From: Micavibrio sp.
GTDB taxonomy: Bacteria > Patescibacteriota > Minisyncoccia > Moranbacterales > GCA-2747515
Assembly (NCBI GenBank): GCA_020718085.1
Contig: DYDB01000001.1
Location: 117,902-181,901 of the forward strand
Direction: 5' to 3'
Length of the DNA: 64,000 nt
Shown piece by piece: positions 30,046 to 40,260 of the stretch; position 1 is the first letter of the stretch; each line of letters opens with the position of its first letter. A program made the position numbers and the translations under genes. The notes beneath the pieces are model-generated. The model saw only the letters and a list, made by a program, of their open reading frames with translations. It ran no database searches and was not told the origin of the DNA.

Positions 30046-31014
30046 ATGGAAGAAGGCATGGATTTGGACAAGAAAGATGATGAACAAAATCCTCTACCAA
30101 TACCGCCACAAGCACAGAGCAATGATAATGATATGACAGAAGAAAATCGCTCTCCTGAAATGTTGTCAGACATTCCTATGACAGAAAATGCACAAAGTGA
30201 CATGCGATCTTCCGGAAAACTGATTGGCGTAATTGTGGGAATCGTAATATTTTTGATCCTACTCATCATCGTTGGTGTGGTTGGATTTTTCTTTTTTCGT
30301 GGAGGCATCATGGAGCGCTCGGGACAGGTTTTTGGCGATTCTGAGAATGTTGTTGAAAGTGATGTGCGTGCGGATCTGGGTGTGCGATCTGCAGCATGTA
30401 AGGATCTCATATCCAATGGCATTATGGGTGAAGATGTCGTTGAAAGTGAAATAAAAAATTTGCAAGAGGAGATCAATGACGCGTTACAAAATAATGGTGA
30501 TGGTGACATACAATTAACATCGGAGGAAGCATGTTTGGTTAGCATGGTCAGTACCGCTGTTGTTGCCGCTGGTGAACAGGAGAATCTTGAAAATATAGAT
30601 ATTGTAGAAATGAAAGCACTCATAAAATATAATACGCAATATGATGTGACGCAAAAATCGGCTGATCGTATTGCTCTTGCAACAAAGGTAGTCTTACAAA
30701 ATATGGCGGGTGATGCACTAACTGCATCAATTAAATCCATGATTTCCTCAACGGTTCCCGGCATGATCCTTTGTATGGAGGATAACGGATATTTAACAGA
30801 GCCGAAGGAGGGTCAAGAGATGTGCCGTGGAAATAGTGCATATGGTGTGTGGCCTGTGTTGAATGATAAGGGTGCCAAGTGGGGTGGGTGCAAAATGAGC
30901 GTAGAACGCGTGGGTGGTATGATAGAGCATTTTGCATATTGCGCAACAATGGCAGATGGTATGATTGTGATGTGCAGAGAGAGTGGTTGTGACTTTGACG
31001 GTAAAGATAGTTAA
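30046..31014 (+). CDS. Membrane-anchored protein with Cys-containing pilin-like C-terminal domain
   Basis: Single TM; C-terminus aligns by eye with that of 31106-32101. Confidence 0.7.
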   Translation: MEEGMDLDKKDDEQNPLPIPPQAQSNDNDMTEENRSPEMLSDIPMTENAQSDMRSSGKLIGVIVGIVIFLILLIIVGVVGFFFFRGGIMERSGQVFGDSENVVESDVRADLGVRSAACKDLISNGIMGEDVVESEIKNLQEEINDALQNNGDGDIQLTSEEACLVSMVSTAVVAAGEQENLENIDIVEMKALIKYNTQYDVTQKSADRIALATKVVLQNMAGDALTASIKSMISSTVPGMILCMEDNGYLTEPKEGQEMCRGNSAYGVWPVLNDKGAKWGGCKMSVERVGGMIEHFAYCATMADGMIVMCRESGCDFDGKDS

Positions 31015-31105
31015 AAAAAGTAATATGGATGACATATAACAGAAAAAGGGAACAATCAAGTAAAATAGCAATTTTAGATCATTTAATTTTTTAATTCTAA
31101 AAGTT

Positions 31106-32101
31106 ATGAATCAACAAATCATAGAATATCTTCAGACAAATAAAACGCAATACACCAAAGAATCGTTGGTTGCACAATTACGTGTTGCAGGGCATGGGGA
31201 AAATGACATTAATGAAGCAGTGAATATGGTCTATGGTGATATGTCTGTGGCACCGGTTAACGAACAACCTGTTAAATATGCAGGATTTTGGATTCGATGG
31301 GTTGCCGCTTTTGTTGATGGGCTCATTGTGGGTATTGCAAGTCTTCCGCTGAGGTTGCTTTTTGGCATTGTTTTGAGTGACATGCCAAGTGCGATCAATA
31401 GTATTTTGCAGAGCGTGATCGGTTTTGGATTACTATGGACATATTATGTTTTTATGACGCATAAGTATCAGGCAACAATAGGTAAGAAATTAGTTGGTAT
31501 TGAAGTGCGTGCAGTTGACGGTGTTGGTAAGGCGGCACTGGGTAACGTTGTGATTCGTGAAACTGTTGGCAAGCTCATTTCTGCAGTCGTTCTATATATT
31601 GGTTACATTATGGCAGGTTTCACATCAAAAAAGCAGGCGTTGCATGACATGATCGGAAGCACTGTTGTGGTGTACAAAGACCCACAGAAAAAAACAAATA
31701 CAGCCGTGATCGCAGTTGTGGTCATTGTTGTTGTTTTTGTGATGATCGCGATCATTGGCATACTTGCATCAATCGTACTTGTGTCACTTAACTCGGCTCG
31801 TGGCAAAGCACAAGATGCGTCTTTCAAAGCCACAGTATCATCAACTGTTCCGATGGCAATGATCTGTATGGATGAAAATCAAAATATTTTACCACCAAGT
31901 GAATATGCAAAAATGTGCAAAATGGGAACTGGTGAGGAATATATATGGCCAATGCTCGATGAAACTGGTGAGTGGGGTACATTGATCGATGGAAATGTGG
32001 CAGATGGCACATTCGCATATACGGCGGAGTTTGCGGAAAGTGGGTTAACGGCCACATGTACACAGCTAGGATGTGAATTTTCTGATGAATCTGTCTACTA
32101 G
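31106..32101 (+). CDS. RDD-domain protein fused to a type IV pilin-like domain
   Basis: YAGFWIRWVAAFVD, TIGKK, KQALHDMI (RDD); IAIIGILASIVLVSLNSARGKAQDA pilin helix. Confidence 0.8.
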   Translation: MNQQIIEYLQTNKTQYTKESLVAQLRVAGHGENDINEAVNMVYGDMSVAPVNEQPVKYAGFWIRWVAAFVDGLIVGIASLPLRLLFGIVLSDMPSAINSILQSVIGFGLLWTYYVFMTHKYQATIGKKLVGIEVRAVDGVGKAALGNVVIRETVGKLISAVVLYIGYIMAGFTSKKQALHDMIGSTVVVYKDPQKKTNTAVIAVVVIVVVFVMIAIIGILASIVLVSLNSARGKAQDASFKATVSSTVPMAMICMDENQNILPPSEYAKMCKMGTGEEYIWPMLDETGEWGTLIDGNVADGTFAYTAEFAESGLTATCTQLGCEFSDESVY

Positions 32102-32217
32102 ATCATGTGCTATATAAAGAAACGCTGTCATATAAAAAACGACCATGTTAGTCTATATGGTCGTTTATTGGTAGAACGTATTGTCGCGTAATATATTTTT
32201 TGTTACAATGGTCATAT

Positions 32218-32328
32218 ATGTGGACAAAGAAAAAAAGAAGAAAGATTGATGCAATCGGTTTTGTTTTTGCTATCCTTATGATCATTCTCATGGTGGGCTT
32301 TTTGCTTTTACCATTGTTGTATGTATAA
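32218..32328 (+). CDS. Small single-TM protein (36 aa), absent from the ORF track
   Basis: MWTKKKRRKIDAIGFVFAILMIILMVGFLLLPLLYV*; TTGTCG-17-TACAAT upstream; stop abuts the next ATG. Confidence 0.6.
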   Translation: MWTKKKRRKIDAIGFVFAILMIILMVGFLLLPLLYV

Positions 32329-32727
32329 ATGGATGCAATTACTATGAATCAAAAATTGCGTACGATCATCACAGCCCTATTATTTATTGGAAGTGTCGTT
32401 GTCATATCGGTAACGCTGGTTTTGGTCGTGAAAGAAAAACGACGTGCACGCGTAATTCAAGATGAGATCAGTGCATTACAGGAAGAAAAGAAATTATACG
32501 AACACGAAAATAGTGAATTGGCGGATCGTATTGCATATTTGCACTCGGAACACTCCTACGAAAAAGAAGCGAAGAATTTGAACTACAAAAATCCCGGGGA
32601 ACGTGTAGTTGTAATTCGTCGCTCACAAGGGAATAATGACAACGCGCAAATATTGGGTAGCGATACGCAGAAAAGTGATGATGTGGAAAAACCGCATTAT
32701 CGTGTTTGGTTTGATTATTTCTTTTAA
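32329..32727 (+). CDS. Septum formation initiator (FtsB/DivIC family)
   Basis: TM plus coiled coil plus EKEAK-LNYKNPGE. Confidence 0.8.
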   Translation: MDAITMNQKLRTIITALLFIGSVVVISVTLVLVVKEKRRARVIQDEISALQEEKKLYEHENSELADRIAYLHSEHSYEKEAKNLNYKNPGERVVVIRRSQGNNDNAQILGSDTQKSDDVEKPHYRVWFDYFF

Positions 32728-32739
32728 CAAAAAATTCAT

Positions 32740-33780
32740 ATGACAAGTGTGCACAAAAAGATCTTGGTAATTGGCGGAACGGTTCTTCTCATTTGCATCG
32801 TTTTTATCGGTGTGCTCACATACGTGTTTCGTGTGGACACACCATTGATCACTTATGCGCGACGCATTTTGCATCTACCTGCAATCGTTGTGAATACCAC
32901 GTCGATCTCGATGCAAGAAATAGAGGAAAACACCGCATCAATTAAAAAGTTCTATGAAAATCAGGATTTTTCTTCTTACGGTATTCGCATTGACTTTACA
33001 ACAGAGGATGGTCAAAAACGTCTCAAGATCCAACAAAAGAGAATGCTCAATAAATTGATCGAGGACATTGCAATTGAAGAGATGGCAAAAAAATGGAATA
33101 TCACCATCAGTGATGAGGCTGTGAAAACGGCGATGGATCGGCCGATGAGCGAGGTGGGAACGCGAGATAGTGTAACAGAAAACTTAGAAAATCTCTATGG
33201 ATGGACACTGGATGATTTTGGTCAAAAAGTTGTATATGGACAGTTGTTGCGTGAGAAAGTTACGGCAAAATTTGAGCAAGAAAATATTGCCACGCCTGAA
33301 ATGCATGACAAGATCGCTCAAGCCAAGAAAGAACTTGATGATGGAAGATCGTTTGTGGACACTGCAATGAAGTATTCTGATGGTTCCACTGCATCGGAGG
33401 GCGGTGTAATGGGATGGTTTGCGTCAAATGAATTACAAGATGAGATTGGGAAAAAGATCTTTACAATGGAGAAGGGTGCGTATACTGATGTGATCGAAAC
33501 ACAGTTGGGATTACACCTTGTACGTGTGAACGATATCTCAGAAAAAGATAATGTTAAGTTGGTGCATGTCTCGCAAATTGTCATAAAGAAGCAAAATTTT
33601 GCGCAATATCTCGAAGAATGGATCAAAAAGATGAATGTGAAAATATTTCTCCCACAATACGCGTGGGATGCGCAAACCGGTTTGCTGATCTTTGATGATG
33701 AAGAACTGCAGGTATTTGAAGAAAAAATGCGTGCAGAAGCACTTGAAATGCAAAAAAAAGTAAATCAAGAAAAGAAATAA
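32740..33780 (+). CDS. PrsA/SurA-like parvulin peptidyl-prolyl isomerase
   Basis: N-terminal TM, F...AMKYSD, GG.MGWF, ETQLGLH. Confidence 0.85.
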   Translation: MTSVHKKILVIGGTVLLICIVFIGVLTYVFRVDTPLITYARRILHLPAIVVNTTSISMQEIEENTASIKKFYENQDFSSYGIRIDFTTEDGQKRLKIQQKRMLNKLIEDIAIEEMAKKWNITISDEAVKTAMDRPMSEVGTRDSVTENLENLYGWTLDDFGQKVVYGQLLREKVTAKFEQENIATPEMHDKIAQAKKELDDGRSFVDTAMKYSDGSTASEGGVMGWFASNELQDEIGKKIFTMEKGAYTDVIETQLGLHLVRVNDISEKDNVKLVHVSQIVIKKQNFAQYLEEWIKKMNVKIFLPQYAWDAQTGLLIFDDEELQVFEEKMRAEALEMQKKVNQEKK

Positions 33781-33787
33781 TAATTAT

Positions 33788-35041
33788 ATGGAAAACGAAA
33801 ATAATATTGATCAAACAATACACATGAACATGGAAAAAAAACCGGTCAGAGAATCGCGCGTGATGTCACTTATGCTCATGATCGCTATTAGTTTGCTTGT
33901 GAGCATTGTAGGTAGCGCGATCGTGTGCACCTTCGTTTTTGACCGTTATATTCAAAAGTTGGGCACGCAGCAATCAGATCCTGTTGTCAAAAAAGTTGTA
34001 CAAATGCAAGATGATAGTATTGTGGATATGGTGGAAAATGTATCGCCGGCAGTGGTGAGCATTGTAGCAAAAAAAGAAGTGGCACAATATCGTCAAATGA
34101 GCCCGTTCGATCTTTTTTTTGGTGTGCCGCAACAAGAGCAGCAAAATGGACCGAGTGAGAAGCAGAAGGTTGGTGGTGGTACAGGATTTTTTGTATCAGC
34201 AGATGGTATGATCATAACGAATCGTCATGTGGTGGTGGATGCTGATGCGGAATATACAGTTTTGACAAATGACGGCACAGAACATCCAGCTACAGTTCTG
34301 GCGCGTGATGAATATTTGGATTTCGCCGTATTAAAAGTGGAAGGAAATGATTTTACTGCAGTTGAATTGGGAGATTCCAGTGCTATTAAACTTGGGCAGA
34401 CGGTAGTTGCAATCGGCAACTCGTTGGGTGAGTTTTCCAACTCGGTCAGTCGCGGTATTGTTTCTGGTGTGCAAAGAAATATTGTTGCCGGTAGCGGTTT
34501 TGGTGACACAGAAGAATTGACCGATATCATACAAACAGATGCAGCGATCAATTTTGGCAATTCGGGCGGACCACTTCTCGACCTTAATGGAAAAGTGATC
34601 GGTATAAATACTGCTGTGGCGCAAGGTGCGGAGAATATCGGTTTTGCGATCCCGATCAGTCAAGTCATGCGACTGATCGATGATGTGAAGGCGACTGGTA
34701 AGATCTCACGTCCGTTCATTGGCGTGCGATATGTGGCAATGACAGACGAAATACGAAAAGCATTGAATGTATCATATGATTATGGCATTTTGGTTGTGCG
34801 TGGCGATAAGATCACAGATTTTGCGGTGTTACCAGGCTCACCGGCAGATGAAGCAGGTTTGATGGAAAATGATATCATTTTAGAGATAAATGGTGAAAAG
34901 ATCGATGAAACAAATACACTGACAAAAAAAATCGCTGAGCACAGCGTTGGTGATACGATCACATTGAAAATTTGGCATAAGGGTGAGGAAAAAGAAATAA
35001 AGGTCCTCTTGGAGGAAAAAATGGATCTCAACAAAAAATAA
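33788..35041 (+). CDS. HtrA/DegP-family serine protease with PDZ
   Basis: TNRHVV, DFAVLK, GNSGGP catalytic triad; PDZ domain. Confidence 0.95.
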   Translation: MENENNIDQTIHMNMEKKPVRESRVMSLMLMIAISLLVSIVGSAIVCTFVFDRYIQKLGTQQSDPVVKKVVQMQDDSIVDMVENVSPAVVSIVAKKEVAQYRQMSPFDLFFGVPQQEQQNGPSEKQKVGGGTGFFVSADGMIITNRHVVVDADAEYTVLTNDGTEHPATVLARDEYLDFAVLKVEGNDFTAVELGDSSAIKLGQTVVAIGNSLGEFSNSVSRGIVSGVQRNIVAGSGFGDTEELTDIIQTDAAINFGNSGGPLLDLNGKVIGINTAVAQGAENIGFAIPISQVMRLIDDVKATGKISRPFIGVRYVAMTDEIRKALNVSYDYGILVVRGDKITDFAVLPGSPADEAGLMENDIILEINGEKIDETNTLTKKIAEHSVGDTITLKIWHKGEEKEIKVLLEEKMDLNKK

Positions 35042-35068
35042 GAATAAGATCATTTATCTTATGCACTT

Positions 35069-37660
35069 ATGAATATCGATCAATTTACTACAAAATCACA
35101 GGAAGCATTGCAATTGGCGCAGAGTGGTGCAACGCGACGTGAGCATCAGGCTGTTTTGCCATATCACCTTGCAGAGGCGTTGTTGACACAAGATGGCTCG
35201 ATCGTGCCGATCGTTCTCAAAAAAAATGATATTGCATATGCGGACCTTGTGCGAGAAGTTGGAGTGATCATTGATACTTCTGTACCAAAAGTTAAAACGG
35301 AGCAGGGGTCGTCACAAGTGTATATAGCACAGGAGCTGTCTCGCGTGCTTACACAGGCAGAAACAGAGATGAAATTAATGGGAGACACTTTTATTTCCAC
35401 AGAACATCTGATGCTGGGGCTTTTTTCTGCAGATCGTGCGGTACGCGATATGTTTGGGCGATATGGCATTACTTATGACCTTTTCAAAAAAGCGCTTGCA
35501 GATGTGCGCGGAACTGTGCATGTGGATAGTCAAAATCCTGAAGAGACCATGCACATGATCGAGAAGTTCACGATCAATCTTACGGACAAGGCGCGCAAAG
35601 ATGATCTGGATCCAATTATCGGTCGCGATGAAGAAGTGCGACGTGTGATGCAAATTCTTTCACGACGTACAAAAAATAATCCGGTGTTATTGGGTGAACC
35701 CGGTACGGGAAAAACAGCGATCGTGGAAGGGCTTGCACAGCGCATTGTTGCGGGTGATGTGCCAGAATCGCTCAAGGATAAGGAAATTCTCGCACTTGAT
35801 CTAGGTCAGCTTATTGCAGGTGCAAAATTTCGCGGTGAGTTTGAAGATCGTCTCAAAGCTCTCATCAAAGAATTGAACGGTGCATCAGGACGTATGATTC
35901 TCTTCATTGACGAATTGCACACATTGGTTGGCGCGGGAGCAAATGAGGGAGCGATGGATGCGTCAAATATGCTCAAACCGGCATTGGCGCGCGGCGAGAT
36001 TCGCACGATTGGTGCAACAACATTGAAAGAATATCAAAAATATATTGAAAAAGACGCTGCTTTGGAACGTCGCTTTCAACCGGTATATGTGACAGAACCA
36101 TCACCGCAGGATGCTATTGCCATTTTGCGTGGCGTGAAGGAAAAATATGAGTTACATCATGGTGTGCGTATTACAGATGATGCTGTTATTGCAGCGGTGG
36201 ATCTCTCACGTCGATATATTGCAGATCGATTTTTGCCGGACAAGGCAGTGGACTTGATCGATGAAGCAGCGTCTTCCTTGCGTATGGAGATCGATTCTAT
36301 GCCGGCGGAAGTGGATCAAATGGAGCGAAAAATTCGTCGCATGGAAATTGAAAAAAAAGCCTTGCAAAAGGAGAAAAAAAATGGCAATCAAGAAAAGATC
36401 GATAAGATCGATAAAGAGCTTTCAGAGTTGAAAGAACATTCAAAAAAAGTCTTGATGCAGTGGCAAGCGGAAAAAGATATCTTACGATCGATGCACAATT
36501 CAAAAGAATTGATCGAAAAATTGCGTATTGAGGCAGATAATTTGGAACGTACGGGCGATTTTGACAAGGTTGCCGAAATTCGTTACGGCAAGATCCCGGA
36601 AGCGGAACAGGAAATAAAGAAAATACAAGAAAAATTACATGATATTCAAGCGGATGGTGGCATGCTGCGTGAAGATGTAACTGAGAAGGATATTGCGCGG
36701 ATCGTATCCAAGTGGACCGGCGTACCTGTATCAAAAATGCTGGATTCAGAAAAAGATCGACTGACGACAATGGAAGATGTATTGGCACATCGTATTGTGG
36801 GACAAAAAGATGCTGTGAGCGCAGTGTCCAATGCGATTCGTCGTGCGAGAGCGGGTATTTCTGATGAAAGTCGTCCAATCGCCTCATTTATCTTTTTGGG
36901 ACCGACAGGTGTGGGAAAAACTGAGCTTGCGAAGGCATTGGCAGAGTTTCTTTTTGATGATGAGAGGTCACTTGTGAGAGTTGACATGAGCGAATATATG
37001 GAATCACATGCAGTTTCGCGACTGATCGGATCACCGCCGGGATATGTAGGGCATGAAGAAGGGGGACAACTGACAGAGATCATTCGACGCAAACCGTACA
37101 GCGTGATCTTGTTTGATGAGATCGAAAAAGCTCATCCTGATGTGTTCAATATTTTTCTGCAGATCCTGGATGATGGACAACTTACTGACAGCAAGGGACG
37201 TATGGTAAATTTCAAAAATACGGTGATCATCATGACATCCAATGTCGGCTCAGAGGAAATATTTGCCATGCAAAAAGAAGCACAGGAGATCGTGTATGAT
37301 TCTGTCATGCGAGAACTGCAAAGGCGATTTAAGCCGGAATTTTTGAATCGTATTGATGATATTATTGTCTTCCATGCGTTGACAGAAGAGATGATTCGGT
37401 ATATAGTGGATATTCAGTTGGACCATGTGCAAAAAAGATTGCTTGAAGAAAAAATAGGTGTTGAGATCTCGGAAAAAGTACGGATTTTTCTTGCGCAAAA
37501 AGGATTTGATCCGGCATATGGTGCACGACCGCTCAAGCGTGTCATTCAGCGATTGGTGTTGGATCCGCTTGCGATGAAAATTGTTGACGGCAGCATCGGT
37601 GCAGGAAAAAAGGCACAAATCGATGTTGACGGCGACCGTATCGTTATATCAGTAAAATAA
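35069..37660 (+). CDS. clpB: ATP-dependent chaperone ClpB
   Basis: Two AAA+ modules ([16 protein letters not shown]), long middle coiled coil, GYVG pore loop. Confidence 0.97.
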   Translation: MNIDQFTTKSQEALQLAQSGATRREHQAVLPYHLAEALLTQDGSIVPIVLKKNDIAYADLVREVGVIIDTSVPKVKTEQGSSQVYIAQELSRVLTQAETEMKLMGDTFISTEHLMLGLFSADRAVRDMFGRYGITYDLFKKALADVRGTVHVDSQNPEETMHMIEKFTINLTDKARKDDLDPIIGRDEEVRRVMQILSRRTKNNPVLLGEPGTGKTAIVEGLAQRIVAGDVPESLKDKEILALDLGQLIAGAKFRGEFEDRLKALIKELNGASGRMILFIDELHTLVGAGANEGAMDASNMLKPALARGEIRTIGATTLKEYQKYIEKDAALERRFQPVYVTEPSPQDAIAILRGVKEKYELHHGVRITDDAVIAAVDLSRRYIADRFLPDKAVDLIDEAASSLRMEIDSMPAEVDQMERKIRRMEIEKKALQKEKKNGNQEKIDKIDKELSELKEHSKKVLMQWQAEKDILRSMHNSKELIEKLRIEADNLERTGDFDKVAEIRYGKIPEAEQEIKKIQEKLHDIQADGGMLREDVTEKDIARIVSKWTGVPVSKMLDSEKDRLTTMEDVLAHRIVGQKDAVSAVSNAIRRARAGISDESRPIASFIFLGPTGVGKTELAKALAEFLFDDERSLVRVDMSEYMESHAVSRLIGSPPGYVGHEEGGQLTEIIRRKPYSVILFDEIEKAHPDVFNIFLQILDDGQLTDSKGRMVNFKNTVIIMTSNVGSEEIFAMQKEAQEIVYDSVMRELQRRFKPEFLNRIDDIIVFHALTEEMIRYIVDIQLDHVQKRLLEEKIGVEISEKVRIFLAQKGFDPAYGARPLKRVIQRLVLDPLAMKIVDGSIGAGKKAQIDVDGDRIVISVK

Positions 37661-37666
37661 ACCATC

Positions 37667-38416
37667 ATGATCGCTCATCTGCGTAGTTTGGTATTCACGA
37701 TCATTTTTTTTGTCGGCATGGAATTGATCATAGCGCTATCTCTTTTGGGTGAGCGTATGGGTCTTATATTGGGTATATCCATAATGCTTCTTGCATTATA
37801 CGCTGGATGGAATGTGGGCAGATCTTTCGTGTATGCATTTTTTCCGTTTGCACTGTCTGTTGCATCATTTGGGCTGCTATATTTCATTGATAATTTTCAT
37901 GAGAGGCAAATATTCGGTATTCTTGTTTCCTTATTGTATTACGCTACATTATTTGGCATCAAACGTATTCGTAAAAATCCATTCGATATGACTGCACGAA
38001 GTTTATTTTCAGCATCGCTCATCGCAACTGTGTTTTTGTTTTATGCTGTTGTATATGGGTTTTATATTAATTTCAATATCCCGATCTGGCTTTTTATGTT
38101 GACCCATTTTGTTTTTGTGGGTCTGATGACATTTGTTTCTTTGCGCGCGTATTCCAGTGATGTAAAGCGTACGATGGTGTACAGTGCCGTGATCGCATTT
38201 GCCATGATCCAATTTGTGTGGATGACAACATTTTGGCCGTTTGGATATCTTACTATGGCGGCGATCAATTTAATGTTCTATTATATATTATGGGATCTGG
38301 TGCAGATGGTCTTTTTGGAAACATTGTCAAAAAAACGAATTGTGATCTCAATTATCTATTGTGTGATATTGACGATCGCTGTTCTCGTAACAACCCAATG
38401 GTTATTAGTTGATTAA
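37667..38416 (+). CDS. Conserved multi-pass membrane protein
   Basis: About eight TM segments. Confidence 0.75.
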   Translation: MIAHLRSLVFTIIFFVGMELIIALSLLGERMGLILGISIMLLALYAGWNVGRSFVYAFFPFALSVASFGLLYFIDNFHERQIFGILVSLLYYATLFGIKRIRKNPFDMTARSLFSASLIATVFLFYAVVYGFYINFNIPIWLFMLTHFVFVGLMTFVSLRAYSSDVKRTMVYSAVIAFAMIQFVWMTTFWPFGYLTMAAINLMFYYILWDLVQMVFLETLSKKRIVISIIYCVILTIAVLVTTQWLLVD

Positions 38417-38424
38417 TATTTTTT

Positions 38425-39573
38425 ATGAAAAAAATTGGAAAAATTTTTATGCTTGTAAGTGCTGTTCTGGTGATCGGTGGCATCGGTGGCATGTTCTTTG
38501 ATTATATCTTTTTTGCACAAATGGTGAACAATCCTACATGGGCCAATAACGATACTGTCAAAACAATGGCCAGTCGTTATCAAGTGATCAAAAATACAGA
38601 AAAAATTATTGTGGAAAATAGCGAATCGATTGCCGATATTGCTTCGCGTGCAGCAACATCTGTTGTATTCGTGGAAGCTGTGAATGCGGAAGGTGTAACA
38701 TCTGTTGGTAATGGTGTTGTGGTGAGCAGTGATGGTGTGATCGCGACAACAAAAACGGTTGTTCCGACAGGGTTTGATACGCAATATGTGAAATATGCCG
38801 ATGGAAAAGTATACACTGTCACAGATGCGTATACGGATGCGTATAGTGGTATTGTGTTTTTGAGAACAGAGGCAAAAGATCTTGCAACGATCTCATTTGC
38901 AAATTCTGACGATGCGCAAAGCGGTAAACAATTGATCAGTATCATGCAACCGCGTGCAGACAATGGTGCGCATTTTTCTGCCGGCGGACTTGTGGGAAAT
39001 ATATATGATTTTGCAACACAAAGTCCGGCAAGTGATCATTTGCAGGGGGTGCTGGATCTTGATTTTTCTGAAACTGTTTTGCAACAAAATATTGGTGCGC
39101 CGGTCGTGGACTATCAAGGTAATATGATCGGTATGATCTCTGTGAAGAAAGATCAGCCAACGGTAGAAGGTGAATATTATGCGATTGCAGCAAATGATAT
39201 CTATCATGCTTTTGAATCATATTTGCGTGCAAAAAATGTTACGGAGGGTGATACTGTCACACAGCCGCTGTTATTGGGCACAGATTATGAGATCATCAAT
39301 GCAATTGATGCACAGATCAAAAAGATCTCTGTGGATCGTGGAGCGATTATTCCTACGCCTGTCACATATCAAGAAAATGTATTATTCAATGCAACAGTAG
39401 CTGCAAAATCGGGCTTGCGTGCCGGTGATGTGATCATTATGGTAAATAACGATGAGGTGAGTCCAAAGAACAATCTCTCGCGTCTTTTGCATAAATATGA
39501 TCGATCACAAAGTGTGAATTTAACGGTTTTGCGTGCGGGAGAGATCATGACCGTGACAATTCCACAGATTTAA
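38425..39573 (+). CDS. HtrA-like trypsin+PDZ protein lacking the catalytic triad
   Basis: TTKTVV instead of TNxHVV, GIVFL instead of DxAxL, QNIGAP instead of GNSGGP; PDZ retained. Confidence 0.8.
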   Translation: MKKIGKIFMLVSAVLVIGGIGGMFFDYIFFAQMVNNPTWANNDTVKTMASRYQVIKNTEKIIVENSESIADIASRAATSVVFVEAVNAEGVTSVGNGVVVSSDGVIATTKTVVPTGFDTQYVKYADGKVYTVTDAYTDAYSGIVFLRTEAKDLATISFANSDDAQSGKQLISIMQPRADNGAHFSAGGLVGNIYDFATQSPASDHLQGVLDLDFSETVLQQNIGAPVVDYQGNMIGMISVKKDQPTVEGEYYAIAANDIYHAFESYLRAKNVTEGDTVTQPLLLGTDYEIINAIDAQIKKISVDRGAIIPTPVTYQENVLFNATVAAKSGLRAGDVIIMVNNDEVSPKNNLSRLLHKYDRSQSVNLTVLRAGEIMTVTIPQI

Positions 39574-39680
39574 GGAGTCATATTGACAGAGAAAGAAAAA
39601 AGTAGTATATTTGAGGGACGCTGGTGACTTCAAAGTTCACTGTAGATTCAGAGCGTAATTTTTATGTTTATTTCAAGACC

Positions 39681-39989
39681 ATGTTAGCAATCATCAAAAC
39701 AGGCGGAAAACAATACAAAGTTGCAGAAGGTGACAAGATCAAAGTGGAAAAGCTCGCTGGGGAAGTGGGTGATTCCATCAAATTTGACGAGGTGCTTTTT
39801 GTAGGTGATGAGAAAAAAGTAGAAGTTGGTACACCAACAATTGTCAAAGCTACAGTGGAAGGTAAGATCATCGACCAAGACCGTCATGATAAAGTATGGG
39901 GTATCAAATTTAAAGCAAAAAAACGTTTCAAACTGAAGTTTGGTCACAAACAGGCATATACAGAGATTGAGATCACAAAAATTGCATAA
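39681..39989 (+). CDS. rplU: 50S ribosomal protein L21
   Basis: AIIKTGGKQYKV, GHKQ.YT; promoter TTGACA-17-TATATT at 39583. Confidence 0.98.
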   Translation: MLAIIKTGGKQYKVAEGDKIKVEKLAGEVGDSIKFDEVLFVGDEKKVEVGTPTIVKATVEGKIIDQDRHDKVWGIKFKAKKRFKLKFGHKQAYTEIEITKIA

Positions 39990-40000
39990 AGAATTTTACA

Positions 40001-40028
40001 GCCACCTCGCTCAAGCGGGGTGGTTTTT
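40001..40028 (+). terminator. rplU terminator
   Basis: GCCACCTCGC/GCGGGGTGGT plus T-tract. Confidence 0.8.
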
Positions 40029-40066
40029 GTATTGACAAAAAATCATAACCGTGGTAGAGTCTAGTC

Positions 40067-40216
40067 AAGTAAAAACGTCCCGTGAGGGACACTGTAAACC
40101 GAGTGGCATGATTGACGGATGAGCAACTTCTCATCCACACACATTTCTCTCCCAAGAGTGCCTCTCAACAACCAAACCCCTGTGTCGACTGATGTTGACA
40201 CAGGGGTTTTTCTTTT
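40067..40216 (+). ncRNA. Candidate stand-alone structured sRNA
   Basis: Own promoter TTGACA-17-TAGAGT (40032-40060), several hairpins, strong terminator 40174-40216, no convincing ORF. Confidence 0.6.
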
Positions 40217-40260
40217 ATCCTGCAGACAGGCCAGGCGAAGTGGTAATTTAAAAGGCAGAC

